Source of the DNA: Candidatus Saccharimonadales bacterium
Lineage (GTDB): Bacteria; Patescibacteriota; Saccharimonadia; Saccharimonadales; SZUA-47
DNA length: 64,000 nt
Reading direction: 5' to 3'
NCBI GenBank assembly: GCA_041737385.1
Contig: JBGSRU010000009.1
Location: 71,015 to 135,014 of the forward strand
A program made the position numbers and the translations under genes. The notes under the pieces are model-generated. The model saw only the letters and a list, made by a program, of their open reading frames with translations, did not search any database and was not told where the DNA came from. Of this stretch, positions 16,751 to 27,804 are shown one piece after another (within the stretch, counting starts at the first letter, position 1; the number at the start of each line of letters is the position of its first letter).

Positions 16751-18016
16751 ATGAAGATTGTAAATATAAATGCTCGCCAGATTTTAGATTCAAGAGGGAT
16801 ACCAACGGTTGAAGCCGACGTTTGGCTTGAAGGTGGCGTGTTCGGTCGCGCTGCAATACCCTCTGGAGCTTCGACGGGTATACATGAAGCACATGAGTTA
16901 AGAGATGGCGGCAAAGCATTTAACGGTATGGGAGTAGAGCAAGCAATAAAAAATATACACGAAGAAATTCTCCCACTACTTAAAGGCATTTCAGCGGATG
17001 ACCAATTTCTAATAGATCAGAAAATGATTGACCTTGACGGAACTCCTAACAAATCACGCCTAGGGGCAAACGCTATTCTTGCAGTTTCTTTAGCGGCCGC
17101 GCACGCAGCAGCGAAAGCACGAGGAATATTGCTCTATACGCATATAAACGACATTGCTCACAATCCGCCAAAATCATTACCTCTTCCTATGATGAATGTA
17201 TTAAATGGTGGAAAACATGCCACAAATTCTGCTGATTTTCAAGAGTTTATGATTATCCCTACAAAAGTTGAAAGTTTTGCAGAAGCAATTCAGGTCGGTG
17301 CTGAGATTTTTCAGACTCTGAAAGGTGAAATCGCCTCTGCCGGTGTATCGACAGCGGTAGGAGACGAGGGAGGATTTACTTTTCCCGTTACGGCACTTAA
17401 CACTGAGATGCTCGACTTACTATTACGAGCAACAAAGGCAGCTGGCTATGAGCCTGGCAAAGATGTTTCATTTGGTCTAGATATAGCTTCATCAGAGTTT
17501 TACGATGATCAGAACTATACACTACAGACTGAAAGCCGGACGATTACGTCTGGCGAGATGGTTGCTTATATTGAAGAAATAGCCCATGAATATCCAGTGA
17601 TTTCCATCGAAGATGGACTGGCAGAAGACGACTGGGAGGGATGGAGAGAACTAACCGAGAGGATCGGTCATTTACAGATTGTCGGCGATGACTTGCTGGT
17701 GACTAATACGGAACGACTTAAAAGAGCAATTAATTTGAAAGCTGGTAACGCAATTTTAATTAAACCTAATCAAATCGGCTCACTTTCGGAGACAATCAAA
17801 GCAATTCAAACAGCAAAAGAGAATGGGTGGAGAACAATTGTGTCTCATAGAAGTGGCGAAACGGAAGATGTTTCTATTGCGCACATAGCGATAGGTACTG
17901 GCGCAGATCAGATAAAAACAGGTAGTCTCTCGCGTAGCGAAAGAACTGCTAAACACAACGAATTGATGCGTATTGAGTCAATTGACGATACACTTTTATT
18001 AGCTCATCCCTTTTAG
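16751..18016 (+). CDS. eno: enolase
   Basis: ARQILDSRGIPTVE..., SGASTGIHEA.ELRD, IEDGLAEDDW and LIKPNQIGSLSET: full-length enolase signatures. Confidence 0.95.
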   Translation: MKIVNINARQILDSRGIPTVEADVWLEGGVFGRAAIPSGASTGIHEAHELRDGGKAFNGMGVEQAIKNIHEEILPLLKGISADDQFLIDQKMIDLDGTPNKSRLGANAILAVSLAAAHAAAKARGILLYTHINDIAHNPPKSLPLPMMNVLNGGKHATNSADFQEFMIIPTKVESFAEAIQVGAEIFQTLKGEIASAGVSTAVGDEGGFTFPVTALNTEMLDLLLRATKAAGYEPGKDVSFGLDIASSEFYDDQNYTLQTESRTITSGEMVAYIEEIAHEYPVISIEDGLAEDDWEGWRELTERIGHLQIVGDDLLVTNTERLKRAINLKAGNAILIKPNQIGSLSETIKAIQTAKENGWRTIVSHRSGETEDVSIAHIAIGTGADQIKTGSLSRSERTAKHNELMRIESIDDTLLLAHPF

Positions 18017-18086
18017 GGCTTCATAAATAAATTAGGAATTGATTTCTTCCTATGAATGTATACATAAGCTTGTTAAGATAAGTACA

Positions 18087-19520
18087 ATGAGCACAACAAA
18101 CAAGGCACCAAATGTGCCGCTTATAGATTTCAAGCGCACGAAAATCCTTGCTACTATTGGTCCTGCGGTGAACAACTTTGAAGCTATTAAAGGACTAATT
18201 GAAGCAGGTGCGAACGGGTTAAGGCTTAACTTTAGCCATGGGACTTATGACGAAAGAAAACAGCAAATTAAATGGATTCGTAAAGCAGCTGCTGCTTATG
18301 GAAAACCAGTGGCAATCTTACAGGATCTACAAGGCCCTAAAATTAGACTCGGAGACTTTGAAGGAGTAATCCCTGTTGAAAAAAATCAGAGTTTGCGATT
18401 TGCGCATAAAGCAGACTACGTTAGAAGTGGGATTATTCCAATTCAGTATGATCTAAGTAAAAAGGTCAAGCGAGGTCAGCGAATTTTATTATATGACGGA
18501 AAAGTGCGCACTACTGTTACAAGTGTAAAAGACAAAATAATCCATGTAAGAGTCGATAACGATGGAGTACTTCTACAGCGAAAGGGAATGAATTTACCTG
18601 ATACCGATTTTGGTGGTGATATTATCACTGCAAAAGACAAAAAAGACATCGCTTTTGGTTCGACACAAGATATTGATTACGTTGCACTTAGTTTTGTGCA
18701 CAATGCCAATGATATCGTCGAACTGAAGCGACAGCTAAAAAACTTGGGTAGTGATGTAAAAGTTATTTCAAAGATAGAAACAGTTGCAGCCTTAGAAAAT
18801 ATCGAATCAATTATAGAAGAGTCAGATGTTGTAATGATTGCACGTGGTGATTTAGCAGTGGAAACAGCCCCAGAAGTCGTACCTTTAGAGCAAAGAAGGA
18901 TTGTGGGGCTGTGCCGCAACAAGGCAAAACCTGTCATTATCGCTACGCAGATGCTCGCAACTATGATGGAATCGAGTGAGCCTACGCGTGCAGAGGTTTC
19001 TGATGTTGCAACAGCTGCAATTATCGGCACAGACTGCGTAATGCTGAGCGATGAGACGGCGAATGGGCGCTACCCGATAGAAGCAGTCAAGATAATGAAA
19101 AAAATCGTAACATACACTGAAAAGAACAGTCCTGTTGATGCTGTATTTAGAGGTCAAGAAGCTATTAAAAGTAAACAGACGGCAATTACAAGTGCGGTTA
19201 TAACGCTTGCAGCTGAAGTCAAAGCTTCAGCAATTGTTGCAGAAACAAAGTCTGGCGCAACGGCCATTCAACTTTCTTCAAGAAGACCACCTCATCCAAT
19301 TATTGCTGTGACATCACAAGAACGCGTGGCTAACCAACTAGCTCTCGTGTATGGCGTGAAGAGTTATGTGCGTCCAGACAGCAGGACGGCTGCTAGAAAA
19401 CTCACAAACTGGCTAGAAAAGGATAAAGTTCTGAAGAAGGGCGACACTGTAGTGACTGCGTCAGGCCAGTATCCGGGAGTTGTTGGGACGACTGACACTA
19501 TTAAAGTGAGAGTGCTTTAA
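18087..19520 (+). CDS. pyk: pyruvate kinase
   Basis: RTKILATIGP, GLRLNFSHG, DLQGPKIR, ISKIE, MIARGDL and ATQML.SM motifs. ATG at 18087 is preferred over the TTG at 18039. Confidence 0.93.
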   Translation: MSTTNKAPNVPLIDFKRTKILATIGPAVNNFEAIKGLIEAGANGLRLNFSHGTYDERKQQIKWIRKAAAAYGKPVAILQDLQGPKIRLGDFEGVIPVEKNQSLRFAHKADYVRSGIIPIQYDLSKKVKRGQRILLYDGKVRTTVTSVKDKIIHVRVDNDGVLLQRKGMNLPDTDFGGDIITAKDKKDIAFGSTQDIDYVALSFVHNANDIVELKRQLKNLGSDVKVISKIETVAALENIESIIEESDVVMIARGDLAVETAPEVVPLEQRRIVGLCRNKAKPVIIATQMLATMMESSEPTRAEVSDVATAAIIGTDCVMLSDETANGRYPIEAVKIMKKIVTYTEKNSPVDAVFRGQEAIKSKQTAITSAVITLAAEVKASAIVAETKSGATAIQLSSRRPPHPIIAVTSQERVANQLALVYGVKSYVRPDSRTAARKLTNWLEKDKVLKKGDTVVTASGQYPGVVGTTDTIKVRVL

Positions 19521-19576
19521 AGAAAAAGCTTTCGCTTTTATCATTTCTGTTCTAAAATTATTGCAATAGGGGTGGG

Positions 19577-20875
19577 ATGTTTCACAAAAAAACAATAAAT
19601 GATTTCGATATACAAGGGAAGCGCGTATTAGTACGCGCTGATTATAATGTACCGTTGTCTAGTTCTGGTACAGTTGAGAGCTCCTACCGCATAGAGCAAA
19701 GTTTGCCGACGCTGCGTGCGCTTATAGACAAGGGCTGTCAGATTGTTATTTGTTCTCACCTTGGTCGCCCAAAAGGTCCTGAAGATACTCACTTTTCACT
19801 GAAACCAGTTGCTCGTGAGCTCGCTAAGTTATTAAAGCATGACGTAACATTTGTAAGCGACTGTGTTGGGGATAGTGTCAAAAAAGCTACCGGCGACATG
19901 AAAGCTGGTGACATTGTGCTACTGGAGAATCTACGGTTCCATCCAGAAGAGAAGAAAAACGATGAATCTTTTGCACGAGGAATTATTGAGTCAACTGGCG
20001 TAGAAGTATTAGTTCAAGACGGCTTTGGCGTTGTGCACCGCGCACACGCCTCAACAGACGCGATTGCGAGACAAATTCCTGCCGTTGCTGGGCTACTACT
20101 CGCCCGTGAAGTGGACACAATAACAAACGTCATGCAGAACCCAGCAAAACCATTGATGGCGATTATCGGCGGCGCAAAAATCGCCGACAAAATAGATATC
20201 ATACATACTTTTATTGAAAAAGCAGATATTGTTGTCGTCGGCGGAGCTATGGCAAACACTTTTTTGAAAGCTCAAGGAGTTGAAGTCGGCGACAGTCTTG
20301 TTGATGATGAAGAACTAGACACTGCGCACGACATTATGAACAAAGTCAGAGATGAAGCAAAAAAACGTGATTTTGTATTCTACCTACCGCAAGACGGGGT
20401 AGTAGCGACCGAAATAGATAAGAAAGCGCATACAAGAATAGTTGACTGGGATGCGCATGTGATCGCAGACATAGAAGCCTATCCACAGCGACCAAAAGCA
20501 GAAGCATATAAAGTTATGGCACATGAAAAAATTCTTGATATTGGACCATTTTCAGGAGCATTTATAGCTGGAGCTGCACAGATGGTTGATACGGTTGTAT
20601 GGAACGGGACGATGGGTGTATCTGAAGTAGAAGCAGTGCGTGGTCCAATAGGTCCTTTTGCACACGGCACTGAATTAGTAATTGACGCACTGATAGGTAA
20701 GTATGGCCACAAGCCGTTTAGTTTGCTGGGTGGTGGTGATACGGCAGCTTATATTGATGAAAGAGGTCTGAACGATATGTTTAATCATGTTTCAACCGGT
20801 GGCGGAGCGAGCTTAGAGCTGATGATTGGTAAAGAGTTACCTGGAGTTAGTGTACTCTGGGACAAAGAAGGGTAG
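19577..20875 (+). CDS. pgk: phosphoglycerate kinase
   Basis: KRVLVRADYNVPL, SHLGRPKG, NLRFH.EE, GGAKIADKI and STGGGASLE motifs. Confidence 0.95.
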   Translation: MFHKKTINDFDIQGKRVLVRADYNVPLSSSGTVESSYRIEQSLPTLRALIDKGCQIVICSHLGRPKGPEDTHFSLKPVARELAKLLKHDVTFVSDCVGDSVKKATGDMKAGDIVLLENLRFHPEEKKNDESFARGIIESTGVEVLVQDGFGVVHRAHASTDAIARQIPAVAGLLLAREVDTITNVMQNPAKPLMAIIGGAKIADKIDIIHTFIEKADIVVVGGAMANTFLKAQGVEVGDSLVDDEELDTAHDIMNKVRDEAKKRDFVFYLPQDGVVATEIDKKAHTRIVDWDAHVIADIEAYPQRPKAEAYKVMAHEKILDIGPFSGAFIAGAAQMVDTVVWNGTMGVSEVEAVRGPIGPFAHGTELVIDALIGKYGHKPFSLLGGGDTAAYIDERGLNDMFNHVSTGGGASLELMIGKELPGVSVLWDKEG

Positions 20876-20885
20876 TATAGACTAT

Positions 20886-21686
20886 ATGCGTAATAATCGA
20901 AAAATCATGATTGCTGGTAACTGGAAAGAGCATTTTACGGTTGCTCAAGCAAGTATTTTTATGCATCGTTTAGAAGAAACAGTGCTTAACCGCCAAAGTG
21001 TCGAAGTCGTCATATTGCCGAATGTTTTGACGTTACAACCACTAAGTGTACAGCTTGATAGACGGAAATTTCGCCTTGGAGCACAAGATGGATATTACGA
21101 AGATGCTGGAGCTTATACAGGCGAAGTATCAATGGCCATGTTGAGAGACCTCATCCATTACGTACTTGTTGGTCACTCTGAACGGCGACATGTGTTTAAC
21201 GAAAGTGATGACGTTGCTGCTAAGAAAACCCAAGCCGCGATCAGAAATGGAATTATGCCAATTTTATGTATCGGTGAAACATTACAAGAGCGATTAAGCG
21301 GAGAGACAAATCAGATTTTACACAACCAGCTTACCGCTGGACTCATGAATCTAACGGCTCGTGAAGTTGGTGCAAGCGTGATAGCATATGAGCCTGTTTG
21401 GGCAATAGGGACTGGTGAGTTTGCAAAACCGGATCAAGTAGCTAGAGCACTAGATTATATTAGAAAGCAAGTTGAGCATTTGTTTGGTGAACGTGCGGCC
21501 AGTAACGTACGAATTCTTTACGGTGGTAGTGTTGACGAGCAAAATGCCTATTCATTCTTAAGCTTAGATGGTTGTGATGGTGCACTTATTGGGGGAGCAA
21601 GTCTGAACCAGCATAAGTTTGCGGGTGTAGTTGAAGTTGCCTATCGTGTTCATCAACTGAGACTTAGAGGTAGCAGTAATGGCTGA
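20886..21686 (+). CDS. tpiA: triosephosphate isomerase
   Basis: IAGNWKEH, VGHSERR, AYEPVWAIGTG and YGGSV motifs. The ATG at 20886 avoids the overlap with pgk implied by the track start at 20826. Confidence 0.93.
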   Translation: MRNNRKIMIAGNWKEHFTVAQASIFMHRLEETVLNRQSVEVVILPNVLTLQPLSVQLDRRKFRLGAQDGYYEDAGAYTGEVSMAMLRDLIHYVLVGHSERRHVFNESDDVAAKKTQAAIRNGIMPILCIGETLQERLSGETNQILHNQLTAGLMNLTAREVGASVIAYEPVWAIGTGEFAKPDQVARALDYIRKQVEHLFGERAASNVRILYGGSVDEQNAYSFLSLDGCDGALIGGASLNQHKFAGVVEVAYRVHQLRLRGSSNG

Positions 21687-22902
21687 TAAAAAATCTATTG
21701 ATGTCACTAGTCCAAAAGATGCAAAAGTAGATATTGGCAGTAAACCAATGATTGTCGGTCATACATCAATGGCCACTGATCCTATGGTACGAGAAAAAGT
21801 ACCTGAAGTAGCAGAAAAAAAGACTGAAGCTCAGAAATCGGAAGAGATCAAAGAACCTGAAATAACCGAGAAATCAGAACTTGTACCACCAAGCGCAAAG
21901 CAGAAAACACTCCAACCCATATCCGATGAAACGGTGAAAGAAGATGCTGTAACGTCAAAAAAAGATGTTATAGATGACTCTGGCCTTGTCGAGACAAAGT
22001 CTGTAAATAGTGCAGATGATAAAAAGTCTGACGTAACCACAGCGGTTAAAGAGCCGTCTGAAGCAAAAGAAGAGATAAAAATTGATCCTGTCGCCGCCAA
22101 TATGGAGCGGGAAGAAAATATTCGTAAAATTATTGACAGTAAAAAATATAATGTATCGATAAAACAAGCTCATCCTAAAGGCAAGGGAACAGTCTACGCG
22201 TTAATTATTTTTGCGCTGCTTGCGCTAGCTGGGCTGTTTGTCGCAATTGATACCGGTAAGTTAAATGTAGGGATTGCACTTCCTTTTAGTATTTTTGGAG
22301 AAAACAATGAAGCTGAGCAGATTCAGGCAGCTACTCAACTAGAAGTCGTAGAAACGGTGTTGCCACCAGTTGTTGAGTCAACCAAAAACGAAATAAGTAG
22401 CATCGACTCATCTGATTGGGTGCGGTTTACGGGTGAAGGCTATTCATTGCAGCTTCCTGATGGGTGGATACTACAGCAAAAAGAAGGCAACTCTGGTTCT
22501 CTGTTCGCACTCGGCGTAGTGAAGTTCAAGCAAGGCACTCCTGCAGTTGTTGATGACTATTCTGCTGAAAACTCATCAGAAGGCCAATTTATGGTATTGA
22601 TTGATAACAATGAAATAGTAGCTGATTCATCTACTTGTTCAAGTGCTACGTCGGAAACAGTGGTTCAGAGCTATAAGCTTGTAACAGTTGATAAAGAAAC
22701 TATATTTGTACAACTTGAAGAAGGTACAAAACCAGAAGCAGAAAGAGGGCTTGGCGAACTTGCTTCTGGCGAAAAGTCGTATAGTTACTGCGTTGCAACA
22801 AAAACACGCGAGATAAGAGCGCGCTACACACTGAACGATTCTGCTGACGATGAGCATACATATTTTGAAGAGTCGTTAAAAACCCTAACGTTTACGCAGT
22901 AG
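21679..22902 (+). CDS. membrane-anchored protein of unknown function with a Lys/Glu/Asp-rich N-terminal region
   Basis: Low-complexity charged N-terminal ~170 aa, one TM (VYALIIFALLALAGLFVAI), then a globular C-terminal domain. The start overlaps the tpiA stop. Confidence 0.5.
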   Translation: MADKKSIDVTSPKDAKVDIGSKPMIVGHTSMATDPMVREKVPEVAEKKTEAQKSEEIKEPEITEKSELVPPSAKQKTLQPISDETVKEDAVTSKKDVIDDSGLVETKSVNSADDKKSDVTTAVKEPSEAKEEIKIDPVAANMEREENIRKIIDSKKYNVSIKQAHPKGKGTVYALIIFALLALAGLFVAIDTGKLNVGIALPFSIFGENNEAEQIQAATQLEVVETVLPPVVESTKNEISSIDSSDWVRFTGEGYSLQLPDGWILQQKEGNSGSLFALGVVKFKQGTPAVVDDYSAENSSEGQFMVLIDNNEIVADSSTCSSATSETVVQSYKLVTVDKETIFVQLEEGTKPEAERGLGELASGEKSYSYCVATKTREIRARYTLNDSADDEHTYFEESLKTLTFTQ

Positions 22903-22925
22903 TATTTTGCTACAATAGTATTTAC

Positions 22926-25124
22926 GTGCAAGATTTATTATCAGGACTAAACGACGAACAGCAAAAAGCGGTGATCACATTAGACGGTCCACTGCTTATT
23001 CAAGCTGGTGCAGGTTCTGGCAAAACTAAGACACTCACTCATCGTGTTGCTCGCATACTGCAAGAAGGGTTTGCCCATCCGCAGCAAATTTTAGCGGTCA
23101 CTTTCACCAATAAAGCAGCTAAAGAAATGCGTGAACGTGTAGCGAGCCTACTCGGCGAAAATCCAAACAACCGTTCGTTCCTGCCTTTTATGGGAACATT
23201 TCATGGTATCTGTGTTCGGTTGCTTCGTATGGATGGAGAGCATATTGGCGTGCCAAGAACATTTGTAATATATGATGAGTCAGACCGATTAGCAGCGGTG
23301 AAGCGTGAAATAAAAGCACAGAGTATAGACGATAAAACATTTACTCCACGCACGCTTTCAAGCATGATCAGTAGCGCTAAAAACGAAGCTATGACTCCAG
23401 AACAATATAATAGTTTTGCAAAAAGTCCTGCCCAAAAAGCAGCCGCACAAGTGTATCCTGGTTATCAAAGATCGTTAAAAGACGCGGGAGCACTTGATTT
23501 TGACGACTTAATCTCAAAGACTCTGCAGCTTTTAAGTAGCGTTGAGTCGGTTCGTAATCGTTGGCGGGAACAGTTTAAATATGTAATGATCGACGAGTAT
23601 CAAGATACGAATACCGCACAATATAAACTAATAAAACTATTAGTAGACGAGCATAAAAACATAGCTGTTGTAGGAGATGACTGGCAATCAATTTATTCAT
23701 GGAGAGGTGCAGATTTTCGTAATATCCTTAAATTCGAACAAGATTACCCGAACACGACGGTTATTAAACTCGAACAAAACTACCGTAGCACCAAGCCAAT
23801 TTTAGACGGTGCACATGCGGTGATTACGAAGAACCAACAACGCAGTGACAAGAAACTATGGACTGCAAAAGAAACTGGAAAAGCAATACAAGTTATATCT
23901 GTAAGCACTGAACGTGCTGAATCAGAGACGATTGTGCGGCGTATACAAAACGTAGTCAATGGTGGCATGAGAAGATATAACGAGTGTGCAGTTCTGTATA
24001 GAACTAACGCGCAAAGTCGTAGTATTGAAGAAGCGTTTTTGCACTATGGTGTTCCGTACAAAATTATTGGCGGGCAAAGGTTTTATGATCGTAAAGAGGT
24101 TAAGGACGTTATGGCTTATCTTCGTTTCATTTTCCAACCCGCAGATAGAGTTAGTTTTGAACGTATTGTTAACGTGCCAACTCGCGGTATTGGTGCGAAA
24201 AGTCTTCAGCGTTTTTTTACTTGGCAAGAAGAGAATAATGTCACGCTTATAGAAGCACTACGTGACGTACAGATGGTTCCTCAGCTCCCAGCGAAAGCGC
24301 AGAAAGGGCTGAATGAGCTTTATGCCATAGTGAGCTCAACGCAGGCAATAATGGAGGACACGTCAGTTGCTAGTTTGATTGATACACTGCTAAGACGAAT
24401 AGATTATCTGAAATCGCTCGATGATGGTACTCCGGCTGGAGAGGCGAGACAAGAAAATGTCCAAGAACTTATGAGCGTCGCGAAAGAATACAGCCAGCTT
24501 GGACTAAGTGGCTTTTTAGAAGAAGTATCGCTCGTAAGTGATCTTGACGGCGCTGATTTGCAAGCTGACTCTGTCATCTTGATGACCTTGCATGCTGCGA
24601 AAGGGCTAGAATTTCCAGTTGTGTTTATGGCAGGGATGGAAGAAACACTATTCCCACAAAGCCGTGCGCTGTACGATCAAAGTGAAATGGAAGAAGAGCG
24701 ACGTCTCTGCTATGTGGGCATGACAAGAGCAAAGGAAGAGTTATACATGCTGCACGCAAATTCAAGAATGCTTTACGGCAATTCTCAGCATAATGTGCCG
24801 TCACGTTTCCTATCTGAGATATCTGCCGAAAATGTTGAAGAAACTAGTAGCTATAATGCAAGCACAAGTTCACTTAGATCATATAGTTTTAATGACGAGT
24901 CACGAACAAAGACACCTGAGATGATTGGCTGGGCATCTAATCGAGAAACAGTGGATGACGAACCGCGCTATGCCGTAGAGTTTGCTGAAGGAGATTCTGT
25001 TGAGCATCAGCTATTTGGCGAAGGCAGGATCGTCGAAGTGGACGATGATAATGTTGCGGTTTATTTCAAAAAAGCAGGCATCAAGAAATTAAACGCCTCA
25101 ATTGCTCCGCTAAAAAAACTATAG
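22926..25124 (+). CDS. pcrA: UvrD/PcrA-type ATP-dependent DNA helicase
   Basis: Helicase motifs are present: I (AGAGSGKT), Ia (TFTNKAA), II (DEYQDTN), III (VGDDWQSIYSWRGA), and V/VI (...TLHAAKGLEF... VGMTRAK). GTG start. Confidence 0.9.
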   Translation: MQDLLSGLNDEQQKAVITLDGPLLIQAGAGSGKTKTLTHRVARILQEGFAHPQQILAVTFTNKAAKEMRERVASLLGENPNNRSFLPFMGTFHGICVRLLRMDGEHIGVPRTFVIYDESDRLAAVKREIKAQSIDDKTFTPRTLSSMISSAKNEAMTPEQYNSFAKSPAQKAAAQVYPGYQRSLKDAGALDFDDLISKTLQLLSSVESVRNRWREQFKYVMIDEYQDTNTAQYKLIKLLVDEHKNIAVVGDDWQSIYSWRGADFRNILKFEQDYPNTTVIKLEQNYRSTKPILDGAHAVITKNQQRSDKKLWTAKETGKAIQVISVSTERAESETIVRRIQNVVNGGMRRYNECAVLYRTNAQSRSIEEAFLHYGVPYKIIGGQRFYDRKEVKDVMAYLRFIFQPADRVSFERIVNVPTRGIGAKSLQRFFTWQEENNVTLIEALRDVQMVPQLPAKAQKGLNELYAIVSSTQAIMEDTSVASLIDTLLRRIDYLKSLDDGTPAGEARQENVQELMSVAKEYSQLGLSGFLEEVSLVSDLDGADLQADSVILMTLHAAKGLEFPVVFMAGMEETLFPQSRALYDQSEMEEERRLCYVGMTRAKEELYMLHANSRMLYGNSQHNVPSRFLSEISAENVEETSSYNASTSSLRSYSFNDESRTKTPEMIGWASNRETVDDEPRYAVEFAEGDSVEHQLFGEGRIVEVDDDNVAVYFKKAGIKKLNASIAPLKKL

Positions 25125-25218
25125 TTATCGCGCTCCGAACAGAGGTGCAGAGCGCTTCAATATTTGTAGAAACACCTATAAAAATGGTAAAATAATACTT
25201 GCGTATTTATACGCGTCT

Positions 25219-26478
25219 ATGAAGAAAAAAATTATTAAAAGCTTCAATAAGAAGCGTACACAAGCTATCAAAAAATCTAGATTTTTGCTACGACATCCAC
25301 TAGTTGTGCCAGTGAGTAGTTTTGTTTTGTTGTTTTTCATAGGGCTCACAAGCTTTATTTTTCTAGGTGCATCAACACAGGGTGCTTCAGACGCACGTAT
25401 TGTTAATGTTTTTTTCGATGGTAACCAGCAGACGGTAACGACTCGTGCCAAAAATGTAGGCGAATTAATTCAAAGATTACAACTTCCAGTTGTGAAAGAA
25501 GATATCGTAGAACCCGCTAGAGACTCACTAATATTGGAAGACGATACTCAGGTAAATGTGTATAAAGCTCGACCTGTAGAAATTATTGACAGAGGAAGAA
25601 CTCTGACTCTTTTTACTGCCCAACGCGCACCACGACTTGTTGCAGCTGAAGCTGGGTTAGAGCTTGTTGTTGAAGACGAAGTTGCCTTTGACCGTTCAGA
25701 GAGTAGTGTATTAGAATCCGGAGTGTCTGAACAGTTAGTTGTTGAGCGTTCTGTTGAGGTTCAGATCAATATATACGGTGCTATTAAAACAATTCGTACG
25801 ACTGCCGATACGGTGGCAGAAGTTCTTTCTAGGGAATCAGTCACACAGCAACCAAATGAAGCAGTAGAGCCTGCTCTGTCTACTCCTGTGACTGCCGGTA
25901 TGCTCATCTCACTTAACAAAGAGGGTGTAAAAACAGCAGTTGTCACTGAACCTATTCCGTTTACTATTGAGACTCAAGATGATCCAGAACTCGAAGCCGG
26001 GAAAGTACGGCTTGAACGTGACGGTATTCTAGGCGAACGGGCGGTAGTGTATGAAATTATAGAAGAGGCAGGTGTTGAAATTTCTCGTAAAGAGCTACAG
26101 CAGGTTGTAGTAAAGCAGCCCACAAACGGGCTTCAATATAACGGAACAAAAATTGTAAAACCAAGCTTTAATCCATCCGTTACGGTTTCTGGTGATAAAG
26201 CTGCATTGATGTCGGCCGCAGGTATTGCTGAATCTGACTACGCTTTTGCTGATTTTATTATCTCTCGCGAATCGGGATGGAGACCTGGAGCAGTAAATAG
26301 TTATTCTGGTGCATACGGATTATGCCAGTCGTTACCAGCAAGCAAGATGGCTTCAGCCGGTGCTGATTATTTAACTAATCCAGTAACACAACTTCGTTGG
26401 TGTAGCGGCTATGCAAGTGGTCGTTATGGTGGGTGGTCAGGGGCGTATAACGCTTGGCTCGCTCAGAGCTGGTGGTAA
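25219..26478 (+). CDS. cell-wall protein: N-terminal TM, DUF348-like repeats, G5 domain and C-terminal SLT-like lytic transglycosylase motif
   Basis: G5-like segment ...IPFTIETQDDPELEAGKVRLERDGILGERAVVYE.... The C-terminal ...SRESGWRPGAVNSYSGAYGLCQ... carries ES...GAxGLxQ as in lytic transglycosylases. Confidence 0.6.
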   Translation: MKKKIIKSFNKKRTQAIKKSRFLLRHPLVVPVSSFVLLFFIGLTSFIFLGASTQGASDARIVNVFFDGNQQTVTTRAKNVGELIQRLQLPVVKEDIVEPARDSLILEDDTQVNVYKARPVEIIDRGRTLTLFTAQRAPRLVAAEAGLELVVEDEVAFDRSESSVLESGVSEQLVVERSVEVQINIYGAIKTIRTTADTVAEVLSRESVTQQPNEAVEPALSTPVTAGMLISLNKEGVKTAVVTEPIPFTIETQDDPELEAGKVRLERDGILGERAVVYEIIEEAGVEISRKELQQVVVKQPTNGLQYNGTKIVKPSFNPSVTVSGDKAALMSAAGIAESDYAFADFIISRESGWRPGAVNSYSGAYGLCQSLPASKMASAGADYLTNPVTQLRWCSGYASGRYGGWSGAYNAWLAQSWW

Positions 26479-26561
26479 CATCTGTCTTATGCTGAAAGTA
26501 TTAGGCCACTAAATACTCGAGGCTAGTATCTCATATTGGATAAATAAGTTAAAATGAGTTT

Positions 26562-27365
26562 ATGAGCGATACAAAAAAAAGTTTAGGACAGCATTGGCTT
26601 AAAGATACAGCGGTTTTACATGCAATTGTGGAAGCTGCGGAAATAAAAGAAGCCGATGAGGTATTAGAAATTGGTCCAGGACTAGGAACGTTAACTGATG
26701 TACTAGTAGAAAAGCAAGCAAATATTTTGTCACTAGAATTCGACCAAGATCTTATAAAACAGCTTAAAGCAAAGTATGTGAATCGTCACAATGTTACTAT
26801 TATAGAAGGAGATATACGTTCGTTTGACTATAATAGCCTTCCGAAACAATACAAAATTGTTGCAAATATACCCTATTACTTAACAAGTCATCTCGTACGA
26901 GCAATTAGCGAAACAGATAACATGCCAAGTGTTGCGGTGCTGTTAATACAAAAAGAAGTTGCTCAGAGAATTTGTGCACTTCCCGGAAAGATGGGCATCT
27001 TGTCTGTTACTGCCCAATTTTATTTTGAGTGTAGTCTAGATATAGAAGTTCCAGCGCGGCTATTCGCTCCACCACCAAAAGTAGACTCACAAGTCGTTGT
27101 GTTAACGAGTCGATCTACTAAACTTTTTGATGTCGACGAAAAGTCATTCTTTAAGCTTGTAAAAGCAGGATTTTCTGAAAAGCGTAAAACTCTACGTAAT
27201 AGTTTGAGCAGTGGCCTAGGGATTAGCAAGGATGACGCGGTGATTTTACTAGAGAAGGCAGGGCTCAACCCAAAATATCGTGCTCAGCAGCTGTCTCTTG
27301 ATGATTGGCATAGCTTACATATTGTGCACAGTAATGGTTATGTTTCGTCACCAAAAGTGCTATAA
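26562..27365 (+). CDS. rsmA: 16S rRNA (adenine1518/1519-N6)-dimethyltransferase
   Basis: KSLGQHWL..., the SAM motif VLEIGPGLGTLT, and ANIPYYLTS are typical of KsgA/RsmA. Confidence 0.9.
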   Translation: MSDTKKSLGQHWLKDTAVLHAIVEAAEIKEADEVLEIGPGLGTLTDVLVEKQANILSLEFDQDLIKQLKAKYVNRHNVTIIEGDIRSFDYNSLPKQYKIVANIPYYLTSHLVRAISETDNMPSVAVLLIQKEVAQRICALPGKMGILSVTAQFYFECSLDIEVPARLFAPPPKVDSQVVVLTSRSTKLFDVDEKSFFKLVKAGFSEKRKTLRNSLSSGLGISKDDAVILLEKAGLNPKYRAQQLSLDDWHSLHIVHSNGYVSSPKVL

Positions 27366-27384
27366 TACTTAACCGGTAAACTAT

Positions 27385-27804
27385 ATGCAACCAAGATTAT
27401 ATTGGCAAATTCATAAGCTAGCATTTCTGCTAGAGAAAAGATCAGACGAAAGCCTGAAAGAGCAGGTTGGTATTGGTTTTGCGCAGTACAAAGTCCTCGA
27501 AGCCATTGGTAGAAACATGCTTGCTCGTCAGAACATGATTGCGGAGTTGCTTGATCAAACGGAAGCAAGTATAAGCAGGCAGGTTAAAATTCTTGAAAAA
27601 AAGCGGTTAATTATAATAGGCACTGTTATGGGAAACAAACGTGCGCGTGAGCTAAGCTTGACTGAACAAGGGGAAGAACTCCTCGGCCACTGCGAAGAAA
27701 TATTAGATCTTGCCCAAGCACAAATTATCGGCGGCTTGAGTTACCAAGAGCAGCGTCATTTCCAACAATTATTCGAACGTATGCTTACGAAGGCTCGTCA
27801 GTAA
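27385..27804 (+). CDS. MarR family transcriptional regulator
   Basis: wHTH ...GFAQYKVLEAIGRN..ARQNMIAELLDQTEASISRQVKILEKKRLI.... Confidence 0.8.
   Translation: MQPRLYWQIHKLAFLLEKRSDESLKEQVGIGFAQYKVLEAIGRNMLARQNMIAELLDQTEASISRQVKILEKKRLIIIGTVMGNKRARELSLTEQGEELLGHCEEILDLAQAQIIGGLSYQEQRHFQQLFERMLTKARQ

Noticed and set aside
16549-16989. Three overlapping ORFs (16549-16812 +, 16647-16919 -, 16720-16989 -) around the divergent promoter between the dehydrogenase/PGM fusion and eno.
   Set aside because: They overlap the starts of two strongly supported genes and each other, and have no motifs. The region is best explained as promoter plus 5' ends of the real genes.
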